NCBI GenBank assembly: GCA_022813965.1
Contig: JALDZS010000110.1
Span: 1-64,000 of the forward strand
Source: Toensbergia leucococca
Lineage: Eukaryota
DNA length: 64,000 nt
Reading direction: 5' to 3'
The notes below the pieces were generated by a model. The model made no database searches. It saw only the letters and a program-made list of their open reading frames with translations, and had not been told where the DNA came from. Position 1 is the first letter of the stretch. Every line of letters begins with the position of its first letter. Below are positions 1 to 11,357 of the stretch, in pieces. Both the position numbers and the translations under genes were made by a program.

Positions 1-868
<868 letters not shown>

Positions 869-1586
869 TAATGAACTACGCAGCCGTCAGAGAAAGTGAG
901 AGCGCGATGCTCAAGCAGAGGGTTTGAACAGGTGACCTAAGCAGGGGTCCTTGAGTAAGGGGTTGAAGAGGGTGAAGGATTTGTCCGTTGGTTTTTTTTG
1001 GAGTTCAAGCTTTGATTGAGCTTGAATTTGTATTAGTATTAGATTTGAATGGGGGGAGGGATTCAGATTCAAGGGATTAGTTTGAGGTGGGATGTGCCCC
1101 CCTTTTTCTTCGGGGAGGGGAGTAAGTGAATTGAATGGATTGGGTGTGGCTGGGGAGCTTTTGGTGGGGTTCTCCTTCTTTACGGTGTTGGATCTGGTGT
1201 TGCGGGGGTGAGTGGGGATGGGTGGGTGAGAGGGTGAGAGGTTGGGGTTGAGGTTGGCTTGTGGTGGTGGGTGTTTTTGTTGTGGTACCGGTGGGGATGG
1301 TGTGGATGGTTGTGGGCTTTGTGGGGGGGGGGAGTTCTGGGGGTTGGGGGGAGGGGAAGGCTTGTAGAGATGAGTTGAGGTGGGTTGTTTGAGATGATTG
1401 GTTTTGTGGGAATTGAGAGAGGGGCTTGTTTTGTTGCTTTTCTTTGGGATGAGAAGAAAGTTTCTCTCTATCTTTTCAAAGCTTCGAGGGTGTCACGTTG
1501 TGGGAATTTGTGGGGGATTTCTTTGGACGGGAAGCTTTGTCATGTGTTCTCTGCATGCTTTTTTCATCTATGCTAGGTACTCCTAT

Positions 1587-2685
1587 CTATGGCTTTTCCC
1601 TCCGTACTAGATCTCGTAACGAGAGATCGTAGACTACGTCTTCGATTTTCTTGACCTATACGTCAACCACATGAACGTTAGTTCCTTTCTTTGGCCGAGA
1701 GGGAGGAAGAGAGGGGAGTATATACTGACGTTGTATTTTATACTATCGCTCCGTCTCCTCAAAGAATCGTTCTTGAGATTCAGGATCTGAAAGCCGGCGT
1801 GTAGGTCTTTGACAAAGTGGCTGATTTGGAGGGGCCGGTGGTAGTCGCCTAGGGTTACCGAATTGGTTGCTAGACGTGCCTTGGGAGGGAAACTTAGGAT
1901 TAGCAAAGGGGTGTTTGGGGAGCGCGGAGGACGGGATAGACGTACCAGCTCTTCAATTAGGGAGATTAGAGAGTGGAGGTATTCTTCTATTGTTAAGTGG
2001 AAGGCGTCTTCTGTTTTGAGATTGACGGGCACTATGAGGAGGAATTAGCTACGTAATCCCTAGAACGGGGGCTCAATGGAGGCACATACCACGAATAATC
2101 TCCCCAACTTCCTCAATAGTGAGAAGTCGCCCTGGTTGCGTTTCCCTATCCTCGGCGGTCAAACCCCCCAGCCATCCACAAAGCACGATAGCGAAGCTCT
2201 ATCGCCACCTCAGCAAACCATCCTACTTTCTTCTTTCATCTGACACTCTTACAGCGTTCTGCATATCCCTCGTCCAAGTTCCGTTGTACTTATAATACGG
2301 ATACTTGGACGCTACAGCCCCGAGCTTCCCAACCGTTTCCACCTGCTGCAAGATAGATTTATCAGCCTCAATGATGGTATCCTGGACTACGGATCGCTCG
2401 TCAGTGTGGACAGCGGCCGAGGGGTCGAGGGAAGTATACGCTGAGACGAGGGCGTGGAGTGAGCGCGGGAGAGAATTGATTGCGTGCTTCTCCCTGTGAT
2501 TGTTTTTAGCTGACTTTTGGCTTTTGGCTTTTGCGGTGGACGGGCATCTTACCTTGCCTCTCCAGCGTTTGAAGAATACTTCGGAGCTCTTCTCGTACTT
2601 GGGCGTCTTCGTCAATTTTGGCCTGAAGGTGCTCGAATATGGCTGGGTTCACCATCCCGAAGGAGGGAGAGTTGGTGCTCGCCAT
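1587..2685 (-). CDS. tsn1: Translin (C3PO subunit), multi-exon
   Basis: Spliced peptide MASTNSPSFGMVNPAIFEHLQAKIDEDAQVREELR...KYPYYKYNGTW...FHLTIEEYLHSLISLIEEL...NSVTLGDY...GFQILNLKNDSLRRRSDSIKY..VKKIEDVVYDLSLR carries the typical translin motifs. Confidence 0.92.
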
Positions 2686-3021
2686 GGCTGATGGGTGAGT
2701 GTAGGGAATTGAGAGTTTTAGATCTGATATCTATTTATGTCATGATTTCGAAGGGAATTTCAGTGCATTTGGATGCGACAAGATTTTGTTCCGTAAAAAT
2801 ATGCATGTCGTGGTCCGTACATCTACGATTCATTCGTAAGGCAGTCAAAGCTGTCAATAGTCCCCACTCTCCCCTTCGTCGACCTAGGGAGAGTCATAGT
2901 CTACGAGGTACACATCTGCAGCCATCGATTCACAGGTGTTCCAATGTTGCAGGAAAATAAGTCATCGATTCCTCTGACAGCAAAACATCCACCAATCGTC
3001 TACCATCTAACGACTAGTCAT

Positions 3022-3960
3022 TTACCACGACGATGTCCTCAAACTAGGACTGGGTAACTTCTTTTTATGGCTTCTTGCCTTCTTTTGCAGCTTCAGCAAG
3101 CTATCTTTCGACCCGTCTTGCCTTTTCCCTCGCTGGACTTTCCACTTCTTCACCACTTCTGTGGATCCCGATTTGCCTGGTTGACACAAATTGTAATATG
3201 TCTTTTTATCTATTTCATACTCATCCTCACCAATGATACTCGTGGCTTGTGTAAATGAGATTCCTCGCCGGCGATCTCTTTCTGCATTTTGCATACACAA
3301 CTGAAAGTTTGGATGACGGGCTCTGGTCTTAGGATGCCGAAAGGGATCCGAAACAGGGGGGTGATCATGTACTGGATTGGAAAATCCGGTTTTCCATATA
3401 TATGTACCGTCTTTTTGTTTGTAGCTGTATGCGTAAACCTTGTAAGGACAGCCAGAAGCCTGAGTTTTGGTTTGTCTCTTCCTATCCTCTTCAGAAAGCT
3501 TTCTGTTGTTTTGTGTCTCTTTTCCTCCCTGACAACAACGTAGTTTGGCTCGTCTTGGTCCTCCACCCTCTCCTACGATCACAAAACCCTCACTGAAACC
3601 AAAATCCTTCATCCGTGTCACTGCGGACTCTCTTGTGGGGTAAGCCTCACCCGCCAGAAGTGGAAGAAGATGAGCGGGAGGGAGGGCGTTAAGAGATGTC
3701 TGGAAAGCTCGACGAAGGTGTGGTTCGCACCAGATGGGGGTGGAGGGCACGGGGTTGGAAGACATGGAGGTTGAAGGCATGGAGTTGGAGGACGTGGAGT
3801 TCAAAGGAATAGAATTGGAGGGTGTGGCGTTTGAAGAGGTAAAGGTGAAAGGCGTGGCGTTGGACATGGAGGTTGAAGGCATAGAATTGGAGGTTGAAGG
3901 CACAGGAATGGAGGACATAGATGTAAGAGGCATAGAGGATGGAGGAAAGGAGCTCGCCAT
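3022..3960 (-). CDS. FAR1/Mutator-derived (WRKY-GCM1-type) zinc-finger protein without a DDE transposase domain
   Basis: Intronless ORF with AYPTRESA...GF.I...LRCC...RQTKTQASGCPY.V......W.......HDH, the FAR1/MULE DNA-binding pattern. N-terminal SNSMPSTSMS-type repeats and a basic C-terminus. Confidence 0.65.
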   Translation of the reverse strand: MASSFPPSSMPLTSMSSIPVPSTSNSMPSTSMSNATPFTFTSSNATPSNSIPLNSTSSNSMPSTSMSSNPVPSTPIWCEPHLRRAFQTSLNALPPAHLLPLLAGEAYPTRESAVTRMKDFGFSEGFVIVGEGGGPRRAKLRCCQGGKETQNNRKLSEEDRKRQTKTQASGCPYKVYAYSYKQKDGTYIWKTGFSNPVHDHPPVSDPFRHPKTRARHPNFQLCMQNAERDRRRGISFTQATSIIGEDEYEIDKKTYYNLCQPGKSGSTEVVKKWKVQRGKRQDGSKDSLLKLQKKARSHKKKLPSPSLRTSSW

Positions 3961-4235
3961 TGCAAAGGCCAGTTGAATCAAACAGCTACCAAAAAGGCAC
4001 CAGGTGTTGGGGAATGCATCCTGGGCGCGAAGTGACTTTCGATACTAGTCCGTGAACTAATCCCCGATAGGGCATGACTCTCCCTCGGCAAGGGGCAAAA
4101 GTTTACTCCGAGCTTCGCAAGCGAGTGAGTCCCACACATTCGCCAATCCGAAAACTCCAAATCACCACAGCACACTACACAACACCCTCAGGCGCAGGAT
4201 AAACACTTCTTTGCGACCTCTCCACTCCTCCAAAA

Positions 4236-4924
4236 ATGGCTCCCGCAACAGTAAAAAAACCCTCCCCCCTTCCCTCCCCAGCCACCCCCTCCACAAAAAA
4301 TCCCAACTCTAACCACCCTCCACCCTTCCAGAAATCCGCCCCAGTCAAGGGCGGAAAGGCCCCCAAAGTCACCCACAAGGTATTGGATTGCCCCCAAATC
4401 TGCCCGACTGTTTGCTCAAAATTAATGGCTAATTCAAAGTGAAAATAAATGATCAGTTCACAATCAACGCCTCCCAACCCGCCTCGGATAAAATCTTCGA
4501 CGTCTCCGCTTTCGAAAAGTTTTTGCACGATAAGATCAAAGTTGATGGCCGGGTGGGGAATCTGGGGGATACGGTGACGATTTCGCAGGCTGGGGACGGG
4601 AAGATTGAGGTTGTGGCGCATGGACCGTTTTCGGGGAGGTATTTGAAGTATTTGTGAGTTTTTGGAGCCTATTGATTCTATGACTTGTTTTTCACTTGAT
4701 GGGTGGGGGGCAGATTGGGACTAGGGAGGGAAGTGCGTGGAGGAATGCGGATTTGTTTTTGATGGTTGAGAGAGGCTGATGGTTTTTGGGGTGATAGGAC
4801 GAAGAAGTTTTTGAAGAAACAGCAGCTCAGGGATTGGTTGAGGGTTGTGAGCACGAGTCCGGGGGTGTACGAGCTGCGGTTCTTCAATGTGGTCAATGAT
4901 GATGCGGATGATGATGATGAGTAG
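4236..4924 (+). CDS. RPL22: 60S ribosomal protein L22 (eL22), 4 exons
   Basis: [50 protein letters not shown]...[28 protein letters not shown]...YELRFFNV. Confidence 0.97.
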
Positions 4925-5819
4925 GGGAGAAGTGGGCTGCATCTTGCGCCATTACATATGGCTCTGGTTTATGATGTGAGGCTGGCTAGAGGGTCTGAAA
5001 ATGCCAATAGCTGAAGACTACCTATTGGATTCTATGTATTGTGTCGTTGATGCGTTCGAGAATGTTTCTGTTGGTAAACAAAGTGGTGTGTTGCAGCGTG
5101 CAATACAAACAGGTCAATGTTGCTGTACTATCGACAGAACCGTGATAAAGAGAAAACGGAATCTGAAGCCCGAGCACTATTCTTGAAGCTATATCGGAGC
5201 GTAGGAGAAGCGGTCAAAAGACAGATTTTTAAATAGAACTACTCTGTAAATTATGCCGCATCACCTTTCAGGATGAGCCAGTAGTAGCCTGGGATATCAT
5301 TGGTAAAATAAGAAAACAGAACACGATGGGAAAGGCATGTCAAATGCTCGAAATTCGCTAGCTCTATTTGATAGATCTTCATAAAGGGGATGATACGGTA
5401 GGTAAGCGAATCACCTTCCTATGATGGAGTCTAAATTAGTGATAAGCAAATAAGAAGGCCAGTCATACTAGTATTAGAGTCGGACGGGTGAAGTACTGAG
5501 CAAGTCTAGTCTTCTGTTCAATTGTCAGTGCCTTGAAGAAAATTTGGTGTTAGTCCGCCATGCTGGGCACTTTCACCTTCCTCAATCTGACAGGTTATTG
5601 GAAGTCCATAGAAAGGCGCCAGGCAATGATTTTGGGATTGGGCTTGGGCTTTGTTAATTTCGCTAGACCCAGCGTGATTCAAAGCTTCGTACTCGGTGGA
5701 CGTTGCTAATCATCATCGATTTTCCGAACTTTCATATCCAATCTCGAAAATGCTTTTAGCTTTGAGCAGCACTGATTAGAAGCTGTCTTTCGTCGCCGTG
5801 GCTGGATGCTTGAATAGTG

Positions 5820-7061
5820 TCACAAATGCCGATATAGGTGAGCTTGATACCGCACATCCTCTATTTCAATCGGATACTTTAGACCCTTGGGCGATCTGAA
5901 CCACTTTGAGTCATACGAGTCTAATTTTTCCCATTGGCCACCCTGTGAGCTGCGTGCACTGCTTCCAATCGTTGATGCTTCGAGTAAAGTGTGGTCCAGA
6001 AGCCACTGCATCGGATATTTCTTTTCCGTGGGAGCATGTTCAGCGTCTGAAGATTTACCGATACTAACAGTAGAATAGCTTCCAGGGCTATCTACGACAA
6101 GCAGTAGGGTCCCAGGCTCAAGTAGAAGTGTCAAAGTTAGCAGTAGGTTCGTAGTCCTAGTAATTGAGGTGTTGTATAACTCGTTCAGTGTGAACATGAA
6201 TGTCACAAGTGCGGTCTCTTTCACCGCTTCAGCCAACCTTTCAAGCTGAATATTCAATACATCATCCCTTTGAAAGTAGACTTTATAAAGACTAGGATCT
6301 ATCAAGGCAAAGCTGGCTGCCTTGGACATTGAAGAGGCATACTTCGAGAGCGAAGGAATGGTAGTGGCGCCGCCGTAGAGCTTATGCACAACTTCTGACC
6401 AGTCTGCAATGTCAATTGCCGTGACAGCTATGCTTTGTGGACTGTTCCTGAGAGAGGCTATGCTCTCCGAGGTAGTCTGATGATTGAATGCTACTGCATC
6501 GCCAGCATGTGTCGAGTTCCGAAGGTAATGTAAGTAGCCTGCAATAGCTATGATTTCTGCACCTGCACCTCCCCCAAGACAGGTAATGCGATTGCTACTC
6601 GCAGGGTTGGCTTTAGCGACGGAATTGAATTCCGAATCCACGTGAGCGTCAGGCGGGTCTTGGTCTGAGCAGACGGAAGGCTGCTCTAACTTCCCGCTGT
6701 CAAGGGAAGTGAGGCGTGTGATAGATTGGAAAATATGCGACAGGTGAGGGAGATTGCAGAAAAGATCCATGTAGGCGAGCGTTCTACTTGAACTCCAGCG
6801 TAGGGCGTAGGCATGGAGGAAGTCTTCGCTACCAAAGGCTTTGTCGAAATCTCGATTGAACAGATGCTGCTTGACATGCTGAATCGTAGATGGTAGATTG
6901 TCGTCGAAGCAGTCGGAGAAGGTATGGCGGAAGATGTCGAGGACTTTTTGCTGTAGTTCGATAGGGAAGGTCATCTGTCGTTGTAATGAGGCATCGTTCG
7001 TCTTCTGACCCCGAGTCTTTGCCTGCTTGCTCTTCTTAGCTGCATCACCTTTGGTCGTCAT
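5820..7061 (-). CDS. BMT6: 25S rRNA uridine-N3 methyltransferase, BMT6-like (DUF3115 family)
   Basis: Motifs YALRWS..R.LAY, CLGGGAGAE, DIADW, FMFTLNELY, LLVVDSPGSYS and KKYPMQWLLDHTLL. Start taken at MTTKG. Confidence 0.75.
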   Translation of the reverse strand: MTTKGDAAKKSKQAKTRGQKTNDASLQRQMTFPIELQQKVLDIFRHTFSDCFDDNLPSTIQHVKQHLFNRDFDKAFGSEDFLHAYALRWSSSRTLAYMDLFCNLPHLSHIFQSITRLTSLDSGKLEQPSVCSDQDPPDAHVDSEFNSVAKANPASSNRITCLGGGAGAEIIAIAGYLHYLRNSTHAGDAVAFNHQTTSESIASLRNSPQSIAVTAIDIADWSEVVHKLYGGATTIPSLSKYASSMSKAASFALIDPSLYKVYFQRDDVLNIQLERLAEAVKETALVTFMFTLNELYNTSITRTTNLLLTLTLLLEPGTLLLVVDSPGSYSTVSIGKSSDAEHAPTEKKYPMQWLLDHTLLEASTIGSSARSSQGGQWEKLDSYDSKWFRSPKGLKYPIEIEDVRYQAHLYRHL

Positions 7062-8270
7062 TCCGGCCGGCGATGAAGAAGTAAGTGATGATAAGTGGAC
7101 GAGGAGGAGGTTGAGCATCTCGGTTAGACGTCGAAGTCCGACGGCAACCAATGGCAAGCGAAGGAAGAAATCACCCACCACCCTCCCACCTCATCGCTGA
7201 ACGTCATCCATCAACCTCGTCCAGTTCTACACACCTATCCGTACAATCATTTGTTGTTCTCCTCATATGCACCGCCCGCAACTGATCAGCTACACAATTG
7301 CTCCCAACCACCAACCTCACCGACTTCTTAGCGACCGCTGGCGGGTGAAACACGGTAAGGTACCTTATATATCCTTCTGGAAAGGACCGTGCTCGTTTAT
7401 CCTCTGTTCTGATTCTGCGTCGGCTTCCATGTGTAGCTTATGTTCTTGCTATCTATCTTGCAGTGCTTTCAGCTTTGGTCGTCATCTCTCCCTGATTTGC
7501 TACATGATATCATCGAGAGACGACATCTCCGATTGTAGAGAAGATCTTCGAGTACTACGATAATAGCAGACCAGAAGCTTGTGAATTTCCTTGTCCATTA
7601 TGGTTTGCTTCTGTCTGTGTCCCAGGCGAGAAGCCATGCATTTCCTAAACTATCCATATGTGTTCAGCCGTGACTATCATGGTCAAATCTTTTGACCTTG
7701 GACAGATCACTTTATTGATCAAATCTATGTCAGAAGGCTGTATGATGCCTTTCGCTGCACTTTGGACTGTTCCAGGCCGTGTGGCGTCTCGTTTCATATC
7801 CACGTGCTTTTTTTCGACCAAATTGAAGGTTGAAAATACACCGTCAAAAATCATGCTACTTTGGATTTAATTAGGCAGCCGGACCATTACATCTCAGATT
7901 GTCTGTTTCAGGGAGTCCCGTGGCCCTTGCTTTCAAAGGCCGGTTTCCTACATTGATCTGCTCTTGATCAATGGCGTCAGAAATCGTCTTGATCGAGATT
8001 CATGTCCAGTGTACTATTCGATTGCGGAGTTGCCGATATCCTATGTACTACTCAAGTATGATGCAGTAAAGCTTTATAGGAGTCTCTATAAGTATACTAG
8101 CATTGATTGATTAATCGCGGTATTTCTTTTCATCTACCGGACTGTTTACGCTTCTCTACTTCGGCAAAACGGTCTAGCCAAAGGGGAGAATCGTTGGCTC
8201 AAGAAGTATCTACCTGGTATATTTACCTAAGTAGATGTACGTGTTATGGTGGAATTGACATTGTTTCATC

Positions 8271-9923
8271 ATGGCCGAATTGATCTTTCATTTAGATAAC
8301 ATACACTATCACCTACCAGCAATGTGGCTGCTCAAATATGACCGATTTGTTCAGCGTCAAGAGAACATTGTAGTCTCAGCACAGGCTTCCAACTCTATCG
8401 TGTCGCTAGATAAAGAGCCTTCGAGCCTCAAAAATGCTACGAAGATCAAGAAAAAGAGTCCACCGTTTCGACGTTCGCTGCGATTAAATCGACTCTCAAG
8501 ACGGATCAGCTGCCTTTACCACCGCCTGCTACCAAACAAGGATGCACCCCGTTTACTTCAAGAGTACTTCTTGCTCTCCGTGTTGTCCCTGCTTCCAGAA
8601 GAGTCCTTGCTTCTGGAGTACTCCCTGCTTCTAAGATACTCCTTACCTCCCAATCACACCTTCCTCGTCGGTCTTATTCAAGGAAGAAGATATGAAGCAG
8701 CAAAGCAGCTCTATGGAGGTACAGCGTGTTTTCCTGTGGTCAGAAGGGACGTACCAAGAATATCAAACCCCGTCTCAAGTGATCCGATACCTGGAGGCTA
8801 CGTTGAAAGGGTCATTCCAAATTCGATTCTTAGCCGAGACTATATAATTGTCCTACCACTTCCCTTTAAAGCGACTTCGATCAAACAAAGTTACGTGGAC
8901 ACTATTGATCTTACAGATTTCTTGCTCGATCTACCACCTTTCGCTGCGCCTGTTATTGAACAAGCCAATCCAGCAGCTTTGGTCAACAGAATGCTTCCGT
9001 TGTCAGCCATTTCCCCGGGGGCGCGATATGTTGCAACTTGCTTTTGGGCCTGGCTGTGTGTACTTGATGGTAGGCCGCCTTCAAGAGACTCCACACCGTT
9101 TTACTTCATCAACAAGATATCTTCTAGGAGGCTACCATCCTTTACTTACTTCACCCCAGATTTGACCGAAGATGGCGATACTTCAAATACCCTCGAACAT
9201 TGCATCTCAATCTTATCCCGCTCTCCATACACTCCATGCTCAGAAAATCCTCCGGCGTCCAGCAGCATGGCCGCCTTACAAAATGTCGTACAAACAGCTT
9301 GTCTCAGTACCCTTCCCTCCAAAAGCACTAGAGTGGTTCATGAACCCTGGAAGCAAATCTTCTGGTCTGAAGTCGCCGTTGTTGCCCGTGCCCTCGTTGC
9401 CGAAACAGGTCTTCGAGGTCGCGCTTTTTCTCTGTCTGAATGGATGGACCTCCGGATTCTCACAATCGCCGGTATGTCATATCCCCCCACTCATTCCTCT
9501 GAGAAAGACTCAAGTCGCCGCTTTTTCAAAACACGCGTTGACGTCGTGAGTTCTTTCGCAGCTCGACCTTTCATGGTCCTCGCACGTGCTTCACTATTCC
9601 TTTCCCCTTCCGTCCCTCACACGGCGCTCCATTCCACCATACCCTTAATTCTAGGGCTCCAGAACGATATCCTTGGCTGGCAAAAAGACCATCTAGCTTC
9701 AAATCCACTCAATGCTGTTGAGGTCCTCATTCGCGATGGGTGGGAAGAGGATAGTGCGTTTGCGTGCGTCTTAGAAGGACATAACGCATTGGTGAGGGGT
9801 CTGAGCGAAGACGAGAAGGATAAGATAGGGGGCGTGCATGGAGATTATGAGGTACTGGTAAAGGGCATGGCGAACGCCATGGGTGAGTGGATGCTAGGGT
9901 GTGAGAGGTATAGGGTCTGTTGA
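8271..9923 (+). CDS. Class I terpene synthase/cyclase-like protein; true start uncertain
   Basis: Splicing 9070-9159 gives WLCVLDDLTED (DDxxE/D motif); splicing 9472-9561 gives LRILTIAARP. NSE-like QNDILGWQKD and C-terminal WxxxxxRY are present. Confidence 0.75.
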   Translation: MAELIFHLDNIHYHLPAMWLLKYDRFVQRQENIVVSAQASNSIVSLDKEPSSLKNATKIKKKSPPFRRSLRLNRLSRRISCLYHRLLPNKDAPRLLQEYFLLSVLSLLPEESLLLEYSLLLRYSLPPNHTFLVGLIQGRRYEAAKQLYGGTACFPVVRRDVPRISNPVSSDPIPGGYVERVIPNSILSRDYIIVLPLPFKATSIKQSYVDTIDLTDFLLDLPPFAAPVIEQANPAALVNRMLPLSAISPGARYVATCFWAWLCVLDGRPPSRDSTPFYFINKISSRRLPSFTYFTPDLTEDGDTSNTLEHCISILSRSPYTPCSENPPASSSMAALQNVVQTACLSTLPSKSTRVVHEPWKQIFWSEVAVVARALVAETGLRGRAFSLSEWMDLRILTIAGMSYPPTHSSEKDSSRRFFKTRVDVVSSFAARPFMVLARASLFLSPSVPHTALHSTIPLILGLQNDILGWQKDHLASNPLNAVEVLIRDGWEEDSAFACVLEGHNALVRGLSEDEKDKIGGVHGDYEVLVKGMANAMGEWMLGCERYRVC

Positions 9924-11357
9924 TATTGAGGTATGATCAGACCAATGCAGCTGTAGACATCGGCCTAGGTACGGTTAACATTTTCCTTTCACTCTGAATT
10001 TTTCATCCCATTCATGTTGAGTTTTAGCTTAGGGCTCATCACTGTGGTTCTATCCTAGCTTTCTAGACCTTCGATCCTTCATTTCCAAAACAAAAGTCTC
10101 TTTTTCAGTCCTTCCAAAGTCAGAGCTTTTGAGTGCGGGCTAGAGATGACGATGCGTCTTTTATAATGTTTGATTATCGCTTCAAACGGGTCCGGCTATA
10201 GAATCTATCTCCATAGCACATTCCATTGATCCCTACCTACTTTTCATACAGATTTCTTTCACTCAAGCATCTATCTAGTAGGTACCTAGTCACAAAATAG
10301 AAGATCAGAGGTCATAATCTCATCATACCTGCACTATTTTAAATGATGAGGAAGCTCCAAGGGGCGGGGCTTAATGTTGAAGAGCTGATTTAACCGGCTT
10401 GGAAAAGATTTGGGAAGATGGAGGGAGGTTGTTTGGTTCATTATGTGATGTTTTGAGGTGGTCTAGGTAGCGGTCGTGATATTGGCTAGATGTCCGTACA
10501 TCAAGTAGGATAGAGGGTCAGCCAGAGGGCGATGTAATAAAATCCATACCTATTTCCCTTTCCCACCTAGGTACTTGAAAAAGAAAAACCACTAAAAAAC
10601 CGTCCCCTCAACCTGAGATCATCCGTACACATCCAACCCACTCCAAAAGAAAAAAAGCACCATACCTCACCCTCTCACCCTAGCCCACCCCAGCAGAGTC
10701 ACAACTCGTAAACAAGCACCATAACGAAGCAATCCTTCGGCATCCCAAAAATCATATATACCCCCCCAATAAACGCGCCGTTAGAGACGCACCACCTCAA
10801 GTCATACATATACGTAACCCACCTAACCTAACCTACCTCACGAGTAACCTACCTACCTACCTACCCATAGGGCTCATTCACATCCGGACAAATACTCCAA
10901 GGGGGCATAAAAACTTCACCAACCCCCACACTCCCCAAAAAAACAAGAATTTCTGAGATTGTAATTTTCCAGCGCGCGATTCCCCCCCCACACCTTGAAA
11001 GCACTGGACAACAATAAGCTACAAAGAGAAAAGGAGAAACATAGGGGGTATTTAATTTCCGCTCTCCAACTCGCATCGCATTGCATGCCACAAATTCCCT
11101 AAACTTTGAAAACCTACCAAAAAGGCACACACACCAGGCACGTGAGGGGAGGAGAGGGGCGTCACCAGCGCCCCCCCTCCCCCCCAAAAAAACTTCCATT
11201 TACCAAAAACGGTCATTCTGGAGTCTGCCAATCGAGAGAAAACCGCCCCTTGATTGCACGAATAGATCCATCTATTCACATCCGCCAAGAAGAAGAAGAA
11301 GAAGAAGAAGAAGAAAGGGAAGAAAAAGGTCGCCACCAAAACCACCAAACTACCCTC

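Noticed and set aside
5390..5600. Possible intronic box C/D snoRNA (ATGATG...CTGA between a GTAAG and a CTGACAG)
   Set aside because: The C box is imperfect and no terminal stem or rRNA guide was recognised; it needs a covariance-model search.
7200..8270. Short ORFs and splice-like signals upstream of the terpene synthase
   Set aside because: No coherent gene model or recognisable domain; may be 5' UTR or promoter.
10815..10865. CCTAACCCTA/CCTA runs resembling telomeric repeats
   Set aside because: Only one or two CCCTAA units within low-complexity CCTA sequence.
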